Positions 25,711 to 34,495 of a DNA stretch of 39,786 nt are shown one piece after another. Below the pieces are notes generated by a model, which was given only the letters and a program-made list of their open reading frames with translations, made no database searches and was not told where the DNA came from. The DNA is taken from the NCBI GenBank assembly GCA_963825055.1, contig CAWGSK010000010.1, positions 1 to 39,786 on the forward strand. Reading direction: 5' to 3'. This DNA comes from an uncultured Gemmatimonadales bacterium (GTDB taxonomy: Bacteria; Gemmatimonadota; Gemmatimonadetes; Gemmatimonadales; GWC2-71-9). Both the position numbers and the translations under genes were made by a program. Position 1 is the first letter of the stretch. Each line of letters begins with the position of its first letter.

Positions 25711-26838
25711 ATGGCCACGGCCACACCGGCGCAGGGAAGCAACGCATCCTATCCGGCCGACGAGGTTGCCCGCCTCTTCGCCCCACCCGACACGGAGGCG
25801 CCGCACACGCGCCTCCGCCGCCTCCTCCACGAGGCCAGGGACCGGAAGGGATATGTCCATACCGCCGGGGCCTATGACGCCTTCACGGCCGCCATCATGA
25901 CCCGCCTCGAGTTCCCGGCCCTGTACGGCAGCGGCTGGCAGCTGGCGGCAACCAAGAGCATGTTCCCGGACATCGGGGTGTATGGGTCGCACGACATGGT
26001 GCGCCTGGTCCACGAATTGTGGATGGGCATCGAAGGGGCCCGCCACACCCATTTCTATGACACCGACGGCAGGGAAGCGCTTCCGGTCCCGCCGATGTTC
26101 GTGGACATGGAAGCCGGCTTCGGCGGCCCGGGACAAACATTCACCCTCGCCACCGAACTGATCCGGGCCCGGGTCGGTGGGGTCCACCTGGAAAACCAGG
26201 ATCCGGCCGAGCGCACCTGCGGTCACATCGTGAAGGTGGAGGGGAAGAAGCGGCCGAAGGTACTGGTGCCGCGGCAGCAGTGGCTGGCCAAGCTCAAGGC
26301 AATCAAGGCGGCCGCCCAGGCCAGCGGCGTGGATGTGGTGATCATCGCGCGGACCGACTCGGTGGACGGCGCGGTGCCGGGCGAGCCAAGGGGCGGCGTG
26401 TCCGCGGCCATCGATGATGCCCTGGCCGCGGCCGAACTGGGTGTGGACGTGATCTGGCCGGAGTTCAACAACACGGAACTGGACCAGCCCCAGGAGTTCA
26501 GTGAGGGCGTCCGGAAGCACTACCCGAACCAGATGCTTGGTTTCAACCTCTCGCCAAGCCTCTACTTCGGCCGGGCCAAGCAGGCCGGCACGCTCATCAC
26601 CAACCAGCAGCTCGCCGACCTCGGCTTCGTGCTCCAGTTCAGCACGCTGTTCAACTTCCGCACCGCCGGCATGGCCCTCAGTCGCGGCCTGCGGCAGTTC
26701 CGCGAGAAGGGCCTCGAGGCTCTGGCCGACCTGCAGATCGAAGAAGAGGGGCAGGAGGAAGCCCCGATGACGAAAATGCACCAGAAGTTCGCCGGCATGG
26801 ACCGGTGGCTGGTGCTGGAGCAGTTGATGGGGGAGTAA
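25711..26838 (+). CDS. Isocitrate lyase family protein, divergent (AceA-like)
   Basis: YGSGWQLAA, FPD, VDMEAGFGG, HLENQ, RTCGH, VLVP, IIARTD, IWPE, FNLSPS, QFSTL, HQKFAG. RBS AAGGAG. Confidence 0.82.
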   Translation: MATATPAQGSNASYPADEVARLFAPPDTEAPHTRLRRLLHEARDRKGYVHTAGAYDAFTAAIMTRLEFPALYGSGWQLAATKSMFPDIGVYGSHDMVRLVHELWMGIEGARHTHFYDTDGREALPVPPMFVDMEAGFGGPGQTFTLATELIRARVGGVHLENQDPAERTCGHIVKVEGKKRPKVLVPRQQWLAKLKAIKAAAQASGVDVVIIARTDSVDGAVPGEPRGGVSAAIDDALAAAELGVDVIWPEFNNTELDQPQEFSEGVRKHYPNQMLGFNLSPSLYFGRAKQAGTLITNQQLADLGFVLQFSTLFNFRTAGMALSRGLRQFREKGLEALADLQIEEEGQEEAPMTKMHQKFAGMDRWLVLEQLMGE

Positions 26839-26845
26839 CCGGCTT

Positions 26846-26911
26846 GTTGAGTGGTTGAGTCGTTGAGTCGCGTGGACCGGCGCGAGCCACTCAACGACTC
26901 AACGATTCAAC
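26846..26911. repeat. Inverted repeat built from octamer tandem repeats; probable bidirectional terminator
   Basis: GTTGAGTG GTTGAGTC GTTGAGTC ... CACTCAAC GACTCAAC GATTCAAC between the convergent lyase and hflX genes. Confidence 0.8.
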
Positions 26912-26937
26912 GGGACCTGCACCGTCGTGCGATTACC

Positions 26938-28221
26938 TCACTCGTTTCCGCCCACCTCGATTCCCTCACCTCTCAACCGCTCCACCTCCAGCGGCTCCAT
27001 CCGCACCAGCAGCTCGAAGTGCCCGTCCTTCTCCGTCCGTGACAGGACCTCGCCAGCCCGGTAGATGGCGGCGAGCGTGGCGCCCTCGGCCATCGGGACG
27101 CGCATGGTCACCGCCGGGCGCAGGGCGCGTTCCCGGCGCCGAAGCATGGCGACGAGCTCGTCGGTCCCGTGGGGCTCTGTCGTGCTTGTCATGACGGCGC
27201 CAGGGTAGATCTCACGCACCCGCGCGACGAATGCCTCCCGTTCCCGCACCAGGTCCATCTTGTTGAAAACCGGCACGATCTCGTGATCGCCCAACTCCAG
27301 CTCCGCCAGTACGTCGTCCACCACCACCATCTGCTCCTCCCAGTCGTGGTGGCTGGCGTCCACCACGTGGAGCAGCAGGTCCGCACCCCGGGCCGCCTCC
27401 AGAGTGGCGCGGAAGCTGGCGACGAGGTGGTGCGGAAGCTTGCGGATGAAGCCGACCGTGTCGCTGATCCGGATCCGGACACCCTCCCCGAGGTCCGCCT
27501 CACGCGTCAGGGTGTCCAGGGTCGCGAAGAGACGGTCCTCCACGACAATCCCCTGCTCACCGGAAAGCGCGCGCAGCACACTGGACTTCCCGGCGTTGGT
27601 GTAGCCGACCAGCGCGACGGACAGCATCGGATCACGGCCGGCGCGGATGGTCTCCCGGTGGCGCTCGACGCCCTTGAGCTTCTCCCGAAGGGCCTGGATC
27701 CGGCGGCGGATGATCCGCCTGTCGGTCTCGATCTGGGTTTCGCCCGGCCCCCGCAAGCCGATGCCGCCCCGGATCCGGGAGAGGTGGGTCCACATCCGAG
27801 CGAGACGGGGGAGTAGGTATTGGAGCTGGGCCAGCTCGACCTGGAGCTTCGCCTCGTGAGTACGCGCCCGGGTCGAGAAGATGTCGAGGATGACCTCGGG
27901 CCGGTCCATGACACGTACGCCGAGCTCGTGCTCCAGATTGGCTCCCTGCACCGGGGACAGTTCCTCGTCGAAGATCACGAGGCTGGCCCGCTCCTTCAGC
28001 ACCATGTTGCGGACCTCCTCGACCTTCCCCTCCCCGATCAGGGTGGCCGGGCTGGGCGAGGCCACCTGCTGCGAGGCCCGGCCCACCACGACGGCGCCGG
28101 CCGTATCCACCAGCCGCGCCAGTTCGTTCAGGTGTTCGTCCATGTGCTTCGCGTCGCCGCTTCCCTTGCGGGGCGCCGCCACGAGGAGCGCGCGCTCTGC
28201 CGGCGGTTCGACGTCGATCAT
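26938..28221 (-). CDS. hflX: Ribosome-splitting GTPase HflX
   Basis: ELARLVDTAG, FDEELSP, LQVELAQLQY, GPGETQIETDRR, VGYTNAGKSS, LFATLD, DTVGFI, FNKMD. Start approximate. Confidence 0.96.
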   Translation of the reverse strand: MIDVEPPAERALLVAAPRKGSGDAKHMDEHLNELARLVDTAGAVVVGRASQQVASPSPATLIGEGKVEEVRNMVLKERASLVIFDEELSPVQGANLEHELGVRVMDRPEVILDIFSTRARTHEAKLQVELAQLQYLLPRLARMWTHLSRIRGGIGLRGPGETQIETDRRIIRRRIQALREKLKGVERHRETIRAGRDPMLSVALVGYTNAGKSSVLRALSGEQGIVVEDRLFATLDTLTREADLGEGVRIRISDTVGFIRKLPHHLVASFRATLEAARGADLLLHVVDASHHDWEEQMVVVDDVLAELELGDHEIVPVFNKMDLVREREAFVARVREIYPGAVMTSTTEPHGTDELVAMLRRRERALRPAVTMRVPMAEGATLAAIYRAGEVLSRTEKDGHFELLVRMEPLEVERLRGEGIEVGGNE

Positions 28222-28246
28222 CCGGGGGGCGGGCAGGGGCAGGCTC

Positions 28247-28759
28247 CTAGCGGCCGGGGGGTCGGGCCGAGGGCGTGAGGCCGGTCTGGATGGGCACGGT
28301 GCCTTCGAGGGATACGGGGATGCGCTCCATGCCAAACGGAGTCTGCATGGTGCTGCGCCCCGTCAGCTTGTACTTCACCTCGCCATAATTGAGGGCCGCA
28401 CGCGCCGCAGCCCCTACCCCGGCCCACTCGAAGGTCATGGGGACCGTCAGTCGCGTGACGGAATCGCCGACCAGGGTGAAGGAGCGGGAGAAGTCCACGT
28501 CGCCGAGGCGGGACCCCTCCACGTCGAGCGCCAGGTTCATGGCGGTGCCGTGAAGATCGTACCGGTTCGGGTTCCGGATATCGAGCACGAGATCCACCGC
28601 GCCCCCAAGCACGCCCACGTTCTTCACCACGACCTGGTCGAGCGCCAGTTCGGGCATGATGAACTGGCTCCTGGTGATGCTCGCGCATCCGCCCAGGAGC
28701 AGCAGTGCGACCGGCAGGAATCGACGCGCAGGGTTGTCGTTCAATGCAGAATCACGCAT
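28247..28759 (-). CDS. LEA type 2 (WHy-domain) lipoprotein
   Basis: Lipobox LLLLGGC, LDIRNPN motif, beta-rich. GGAGG RBS before ATG 28759. Confidence 0.8.
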   Translation of the reverse strand: MRDSALNDNPARRFLPVALLLLGGCASITRSQFIMPELALDQVVVKNVGVLGGAVDLVLDIRNPNRYDLHGTAMNLALDVEGSRLGDVDFSRSFTLVGDSVTRLTVPMTFEWAGVGAAARAALNYGEVKYKLTGRSTMQTPFGMERIPVSLEGTVPIQTGLTPSARPPGR

Positions 28760-30098
28760 GCTCGGTAGCCTCCTCGATATGCTCGGTAGCCTCCCGGCGC
28801 GCCCGCAGGCCCGCCCACCATTCCATCCGTTCGCCGATCCGCTTCTCGAACCCCATGGGGCCAGGCTGGTAGAACTCCCGTCCCTCCAGCGACGCGGGAA
28901 GGTAGGCCTGGCCGGAGAATCCCTCCGGCGCGTCCGGGTCATACTCGTAGCCTTTCCCGTAGCCGAGGGACTTCATGAGCGACGTGGGGGCATTCCTGAT
29001 ATGCAGGGGCACAGGCTCGGCCGGGGTGTCCCGCGCCGCGTCGAGGGCCGCGCGCCACGCGCTGTAGACCCGGTTCGACTTCGGGGCCGTGGCCAGGTAC
29101 ACCACGGCCTCCGCGATGGCCAGTTCGCCCTCCGGCGAGCCCAGGAACTGGTAGGTGTCCCGCGCCGCAATCGACATGGGGAGCGCCTGTGGATCTGCCA
29201 GGCCGATGTCCTCGGCTGCCATTCGCACGACCCGGCGCGCGATATACAGCGGGTCCTCGCCACCCTCGATCATCCGCGCGAGCCAGTAAAGCGCGCCCTG
29301 CGGGTCGCTGCCGCGCACCGCCTTGTGCAGCGCAGAGATGATGTTGTAGTGCCCCTCGCCTGACTTGTCGTACGCCGGAACGCGTCGGGCCAGCACATCC
29401 GCGAGGAGGTCACGGCTCAGGGCACCGCCCTCACCGACCTGCTGTGCCGCCGCCTCGAGAACGGTGAGCACCCGTCGCGCATCGCCGTCGGCCTGATCGG
29501 CGAGGAATGTCGCGGCGTCGTCCGGGAGCTCCAGCCCGAGGGCGCCAAGGCCGCGCTCGCGATCGCGCATCGCGTTTGCGATGACCTGGCGGAGATCCTC
29601 CACTGAGAGCGGCTGGAGGACGTAGACCCGTGCCCGGGAGAGCAGCGCCGCGTTGAGTTCGAAGGAGGGGTTCTCGGTGGTCGCGCCGATCAGGGTTATA
29701 GTGCCCCGCTCCACGTGCGGGAGGAAGGCGTCCTGCTGGGCCCGGTTGAACCGGTGAATCTCGTCGCAGAAGAGGATGGTGCCCCGCCCCGCACCCAGCC
29801 GGTCCCGGGCTTCCATGATGATCTCGCGCACGCGCGGCACGCCCTCCGTCACGGCACTGAACGCCACGAAATGGCGGTCCGTGTACCGTGCCACGAGGCC
29901 GGCGAGCGTCGTCTTCCCCGAGCCCGGAGGGCCCCAGAAGATCGTGCTGCCGACATCGCCCCGGCGGATCGCGTCACCCAGGGGGCGGCCCGGTGCCAGG
30001 AGATGCTCCTGTCCGACGAATTCTTCCAGGGAACGCGGCCGCAGGCGCGCGGCCAGCGGTTCGGGGGGAGTAAAGAGACTCGGTGCCAGGTCGGTCAT
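28752..30098 (-). CDS. rarA: Replication-associated recombination protein A (RarA/MgsA)
   Basis: [66 protein letters not shown]. Confidence 0.96.
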   Translation of the reverse strand: MTDLAPSLFTPPEPLAARLRPRSLEEFVGQEHLLAPGRPLGDAIRRGDVGSTIFWGPPGSGKTTLAGLVARYTDRHFVAFSAVTEGVPRVREIIMEARDRLGAGRGTILFCDEIHRFNRAQQDAFLPHVERGTITLIGATTENPSFELNAALLSRARVYVLQPLSVEDLRQVIANAMRDRERGLGALGLELPDDAATFLADQADGDARRVLTVLEAAAQQVGEGGALSRDLLADVLARRVPAYDKSGEGHYNIISALHKAVRGSDPQGALYWLARMIEGGEDPLYIARRVVRMAAEDIGLADPQALPMSIAARDTYQFLGSPEGELAIAEAVVYLATAPKSNRVYSAWRAALDAARDTPAEPVPLHIRNAPTSLMKSLGYGKGYEYDPDAPEGFSGQAYLPASLEGREFYQPGPMGFEKRIGERMEWWAGLRARREATEHIEEATEHA

Positions 30099-30104
30099 GC
30101 CCTG

Positions 30105-30126
30105 AATCTACCCACCCCACCCACCC
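30105..30126 (-). promoter_or_regulatory. Candidate leaderless rarA promoter with adjacent G-quadruplex motif
   Basis: GGGTGGGTGGGGTGGG-TAGATT-6 nt-ATG. No Shine-Dalgarno. Confidence 0.5.
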
Positions 30127-30169
30127 GGCGCGCGGCGGCCCTCCTCACCGGGCTCCCGGGCGAACCGGC

Positions 30170-30889
30170 CTATTGCACACCGAGCCAGAACAGGAAGAGA
30201 CGGGTCAGAAAGAAGGTGACGGCCCCGCCGAAGAAAGCCGCCGGCAGGCGCAGGCCGTGCTTGGACTGAAACTCGGGCACCAGGTCCGAGGCGGCGACGT
30301 AGAGCGTGACGCCGGCGGAAATCGCCAGACCGTGGCTGGCCAGCGGGGACGCCAGGTCGGTCGCGAGGACCCCCGCGACCGTCAGCAGCCCCAGGAAGGC
30401 CGCCGCCGCCACGGCGCGCCCACGGCTGTGGCCCGCCGCCACGGTAACACTCGCGATGGCGACGCCCTCGGGGAGTTTGTGGAGCAGGACCGCGAGAAAG
30501 AGCAGCCAGCCCAGCTGGGTGGAGACCAGAAACCCGCTCGCGATGGCCACGCCATCAAAGAAGGTGTGGAGCGAGAGTCCGAGGAGGGCGGAGAGGCCGG
30601 TCCCGCGCGTGACCTTGTGGGTTTCCTCCCCGTAGTGGAAGTGCGGGACGAATACGTGCTGCGACAGGTGCACTGCCAGGTAACCGGCCAGCACATAGAA
30701 GGCCGCCCCGGTGCCCCCCGCCATGGCCTCGGGCAGCATCTCGAGTACCACGACCGAGAGCATGAACCCGGCGCCGAAGGCCACGAAGGTCTCAATCAGT
30801 GCGAGTCCCTGCCGGAGTCGCCGGACAACCGCGAGGGCGCCGACCACGTTACCAAGTGCGGCGCCGAGGGCGAAGAGCAGGGCCGTCAC
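30170..30889 (-). CDS. ZIP family divalent metal transporter
   Basis: FGAGFML, HFHYGEETH loop, LHTFFDGVAI, LHKLPEG, AGVTLYVAASDLVPE. Confidence 0.92.
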   Translation of the reverse strand: MTALLFALGAALGNVVGALAVVRRLRQGLALIETFVAFGAGFMLSVVVLEMLPEAMAGGTGAAFYVLAGYLAVHLSQHVFVPHFHYGEETHKVTRGTGLSALLGLSLHTFFDGVAIASGFLVSTQLGWLLFLAVLLHKLPEGVAIASVTVAAGHSRGRAVAAAAFLGLLTVAGVLATDLASPLASHGLAISAGVTLYVAASDLVPEFQSKHGLRLPAAFFGGAVTFFLTRLFLFWLGVQ

Positions 30890-32097
30890 CGGGACTGCCG
30901 GGCAAGGGCAAGCAGGACGTCCCGGCGGTTGAGCGCCGGGTCGTCCAGCACGCGCTCGAGCAGCCGCCCGAGCGTCTCACCAACGGCGGGCCCCGGCGCA
31001 ACGCCGGCGTCGAGGAGATCCCGGCCGGTCACCGCCAGATCTGCCCTGGTGATCGGATCTCCATTCTCGCGTATGGAGGCCACCTGCGCCGCCCAGGGAG
31101 ATTCATGCCCCGTCTGGAGCCGGTGCAGGGCGAGGATGTCGTCCGCGGACGCGCCGGCGGCGGCCAGCCAGTGCCGGACGGCGCGGTCGTCGCCGGCCTC
31201 GTCCGGTGGCGGGGGCGGCGCGCTCACGGCGGCGGCGCGTTCGATCTGCGAGTTGGAACCCCGCAACCGGGTCAGCACACCGGCTGGATCCCTGCAGAGC
31301 GCGACGGTGAGGAGCACGGGGTCACGTCCGACTCCTGGTGCCCCGGCGTGCAGCCGGCCCGCCGATTCGACCCCGGCGAGCTCCGGGAGCCAGATGGCGG
31401 CCGCGCCGATTTCGTGCCACAGCCGGACGAGTGCCCCGAGGGACCGCGCGGTCCGGAGTGACTTGAACCATTCATCGCGCACCCGTTCCGCCGAAAGGCC
31501 CGGCAGGCCGTCGATCGCCTCGCGGGCCGCCGACCAGGTCTCCGGGTCCACGGTGAAGCCCAGCCGCGCCGCAAAACGGACCAGGCGGAGGATCCGGAGG
31601 TAGTCCTCCCTGAAGCGCTCGGCCGGGGTTCCCACCGCGCGGAGCACCCCGGCGTCGAAGTCACCACGGCCGTCGAACGGGTCCTTCCATTCCTGCGTGA
31701 GCGGATGATAGGCGATGGCATTGACGGTGAAGTCCCGGCGGGCGAGGTCCTCCTCGAGGCTGGCCCCCCATTCGACCACGGCCCGCCGCCCGTCGGTGCT
31801 CACATCGCGCCGGAAGGTGGTGACCTCGTGCAGGGCCCGGTGGTGATCCATGACCCCGACGGTGCCGAACTCGATCCCCACCGGGACGGTCCGGCGGAAC
31901 AGCCCCTGGACCTCCTCGGGGCGCGCGGAGGTCGCAATGTCGAAATCGACCTCCTTCTCCCCCTGGAGCGCATCACGGATCGCACCGCCCACGCACCACG
32001 CCTGGTGCCCGGCGTTTTCGAGGGTCCGTACGATCTCCACGATTTCAGGAGGAACGGTGATGGGGGGCCAGGGAGGAGTCACGCCGGGCTCATCCAC
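30886..32097 (-). CDS. cca: Class II CCA tRNA nucleotidyltransferase
   Basis: VGGAIRD, DFDIAT, EVTTFR, intact flexible loop, DLARRDFTVNA, RFREDYLRILR, SAERVRDE. Confidence 0.88.
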   Translation of the reverse strand: MDEPGVTPPWPPITVPPEIVEIVRTLENAGHQAWCVGGAIRDALQGEKEVDFDIATSARPEEVQGLFRRTVPVGIEFGTVGVMDHHRALHEVTTFRRDVSTDGRRAVVEWGASLEEDLARRDFTVNAIAYHPLTQEWKDPFDGRGDFDAGVLRAVGTPAERFREDYLRILRLVRFAARLGFTVDPETWSAAREAIDGLPGLSAERVRDEWFKSLRTARSLGALVRLWHEIGAAAIWLPELAGVESAGRLHAGAPGVGRDPVLLTVALCRDPAGVLTRLRGSNSQIERAAAVSAPPPPPDEAGDDRAVRHWLAAAGASADDILALHRLQTGHESPWAAQVASIRENGDPITRADLAVTGRDLLDAGVAPGPAVGETLGRLLERVLDDPALNRRDVLLALARQSR

Positions 32098-32854
32098 AGA
32101 GCACGGTGCCGCCGTTGACGTTGACCACCTCGCCGGTCACGTGCCGGGCGAGCGGGCTCGCCAGGAAGAGGATCGGGCCGGCCACGTCCTCGGCGGCAGC
32201 GATCCGCTGCAGCGGGATCGAGCGGGCAATCGCATCGCGGCCGCCGCCTTCATAGGCTGTGGCGCTCATCTCGGTGTCCACCCACCCCGGCGCGACGCAG
32301 TTCACGCGGATATCCGGCGCATACTCCACGGCGAGCGACTTCACGAGGGAGATAATGGCTCCCTTGCTGGCCGCGTAGTCCGCGTGGCGCGCCTCGCCCC
32401 GCTGGCCTGCCGTGCTCGACACGAGCACGATGCTGCCCTCGCGCATCCGCTCCAGGGCAGCCCGCGTCGTCGTGAAGATGGAATCCAGGTTGGCGGAGAG
32501 TGTCCGCCGCCACCGCTCCGGCGAGAGGCTCCCGAGCGGCGTCTCCCCGACCGGCCAGATCCCGGCATTACCCACGAACACGTCGAGCCGGCCGAACTGA
32601 CTGTCGAGCTGGTGGAATGTCCGGGCCACCACGTCCGGATCGGCGAGGTCTCCCCCGGTCGCGAACGCCCGGCGCCCGAGCCGTCGCACCTCGGCGACGG
32701 TCGCCTCGGCGTCGTCTGCCCGGGTGTGGTAGGTGACGGCCACGTCGGCACCGGCCCGGGCGAGCAGCACTGCCGTGGCCCGGCCGATCCCGCGGCTGCC
32801 GCCGGTCACCAGCGCGCACTGTCCCCGCAGATCGATGGTGAGGCTGTCGGTCAT
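32090..32854 (-). CDS. Classical SDR oxidoreductase (FabG-like)
   Basis: ALVTGGSRGIG, GNAG, YAASK, RVNCVAPGWVDT, VNVNGG. ATG 32854 overlaps the gmhA stop. Confidence 0.9.
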   Translation of the reverse strand: MTDSLTIDLRGQCALVTGGSRGIGRATAVLLARAGADVAVTYHTRADDAEATVAEVRRLGRRAFATGGDLADPDVVARTFHQLDSQFGRLDVFVGNAGIWPVGETPLGSLSPERWRRTLSANLDSIFTTTRAALERMREGSIVLVSSTAGQRGEARHADYAASKGAIISLVKSLAVEYAPDIRVNCVAPGWVDTEMSATAYEGGGRDAIARSIPLQRIAAAEDVAGPILFLASPLARHVTGEVVNVNGGTVLCG

Positions 32855-33429
32855 CCGGCAAGCTCCCGCTCCACCAGGCCGACGATGATGTGCTCCACGG
32901 CCAGGTGCATCTCCTGGATGTGGCTCGTATCCTCGGACGTAATCACCAGCGCGTCCGTGGCGAGATCGCGCAGGCTTCCCCCACCCCGCCCCAGGAACGC
33001 CACCACGGGCACGCCGTGGTCCCGCGCCGTCTCCGCCGCCCGGACCAGGTTCGGACTTGCACCGCTCGTGCTGTGGAGGATGAGCAGGTCGTCCGGGCGA
33101 CACAGCGCGGCGACCTGCCGCGCGAAGATCTCCTCGAAACCCATGTCGTTCCCCGCGGCGGTCAGCAGGGAGGTGTCCGTGGTGAGGGCCAGGGCAGCGA
33201 GCGGGCGCCGCACCTCCCGGAACCGCACCACGTACTCCGTCGCGAGGTGCTGGGCATCCGCGGCGCTGCCGCCGTTCCCGGCAAAGAAGAGCGTCCCGCC
33301 CTGGCGCAGGGTGGCCACGTAGCGATCGGTCAGCGCCTCGATCCGGTCGGCCGCGGCCGCGGTGGCGCGGGCCAGCGTCGCCAGCGCTTCGAGTTCGTGA
33401 CGGATGAGGTCAGCGCGTCGTTGCGTCAT
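32851..33429 (-). CDS. gmhA: D-sedoheptulose-7-phosphate isomerase (SIS domain)
   Basis: AGNGGSAADAQHLATE, TAAGND, IFARQV, STSGASPN, IQEMH. Confidence 0.88.
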   Translation of the reverse strand: MTQRRADLIRHELEALATLARATAAAADRIEALTDRYVATLRQGGTLFFAGNGGSAADAQHLATEYVVRFREVRRPLAALALTTDTSLLTAAGNDMGFEEIFARQVAALCRPDDLLILHSTSGASPNLVRAAETARDHGVPVVAFLGRGGGSLRDLATDALVITSEDTSHIQEMHLAVEHIIVGLVERELAG

Positions 33430-34190
33430 CCCTGGTCTCCCTGCAGGCGGGCCCGGAGGCGGGCCCACCAGCTGCCGCCAAGCGCGATGGGCGGCACCGG
33501 CGTGGTTGCCTCGTCCCGCAGGATGCGGCCGGGGTTTTCCCGGGCGAGGAGATCGGCCTGAACCTCACCCCCGCGCGGGTTCAGGACATGGTACACCGCC
33601 TCGAGCAGGCGGCCGTCCCCATGGTTGTCGGCCGCGGCCAGGTCGGCCAGCCCTTCCTCCACCAGGGCCCTGGCCCGGAGGCCACGCGAGCGGGAGGAGA
33701 GCAGCGTCGTGGCATCCACCTGCATGACCGCGCCCAGCGCGCGCCACTCGCGCACGAGGTCCGGGGCGCAGCAGGCGTAACGCTCCGGGTGGGCCAGCAC
33801 CGGCACCAGGCCGATCGCCACGGTGTCCTGCAGGGCGCGGCGCACGGTGCTGTCCGCGACCAGTCGCGGAAATTCCACCAGGATGTAGCGGGTTCCCCCG
33901 AGCGTGGCGCGACGGTCGTGGGCCACCGACGCATCGAGCGGACGGTCCAGCATCACCTCCGCGCCCCTATGGAGCTGCGGGTGGACCGGCGCCTGTTCCG
34001 CCAGCCTGGCCCACGCCTCGTCGTGCCGCGCGGGGATGCCGCGATTCGCTTCGGTGGCCGTGAGGTGCGGGGTCAGGCAGACATCGGTGATGGCGTGCCG
34101 TGCCATCTCCCGGAGGACACCGAGCGACTGCTCCACCGACCGCGACCCGTCATCAACGCCGGGCAGCAGGTGGCTGTGCAGGTCGATCAC
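33426..34190 (-). CDS. PHP-family protein-tyrosine phosphatase (CpsB/CapC/YwqE)
   Basis: MIDLHSHLLPGVDDGS, TPH, GAEV, YILVEFP, LAHPERY, ADNHG. Confidence 0.9.
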   Translation of the reverse strand: MIDLHSHLLPGVDDGSRSVEQSLGVLREMARHAITDVCLTPHLTATEANRGIPARHDEAWARLAEQAPVHPQLHRGAEVMLDRPLDASVAHDRRATLGGTRYILVEFPRLVADSTVRRALQDTVAIGLVPVLAHPERYACCAPDLVREWRALGAVMQVDATTLLSSRSRGLRARALVEEGLADLAAADNHGDGRLLEAVYHVLNPRGGEVQADLLARENPGRILRDEATTPVPPIALGGSWWARLRARLQGDQG

Positions 34191-34495
34191 GGGGCCCCGG
34201 CGCCCGCCCGCAGCAGGCCGTCGGCAAACCCGGCGAGCCGCGATGGGTCCTGCTCCGCCTGGGCGAGCAGGGCCAGCGTGACCAGCGCATCGGCCGCGAG
34301 CAGGTCGAGCGCGACCTGCCGGCCGGCCATCCCACCAGAGACAACATGATCAAGGGCACGGCGGCCGGCCTCGGCCAGCTCCTTCGCAATATCGTCCGTT
34401 TTGACATCAGGCCCGCCGACCCACTGCCGGACGCGGTCACGCAGGACGGTGGGTGCCTCACCCGTGCGCCGTTCCAGCCAGTCGCGGCCGTTCAC
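34187..34495 (-). CDS. Small helical hypothetical protein
   Basis: Fills the gap exactly, with GTGA overlaps at both ends. Motif ALDLLAADALVTLALL. Confidence 0.75.
   Translation of the reverse strand: MNGRDWLERRTGEAPTVLRDRVRQWVGGPDVKTDDIAKELAEAGRRALDHVVSGGMAGRQVALDLLAADALVTLALLAQAEQDPSRLAGFADGLLRAGAGAP

Noticed and set aside
30083..31603. 506-aa plus-strand ORF, and similar ORFs at 19440-20849 and 25285-26781
   Set aside because: Each lies opposite a well-supported gene and has low-complexity Arg/Gly/Ala composition.
30886..32097. Nucleotidyltransferase as a CC-only enzyme or poly(A) polymerase
   Set aside because: The flexible loop and EDxxR template motif look intact, and the poly(A) polymerase signature (LVGRRFxxxHV) is absent.
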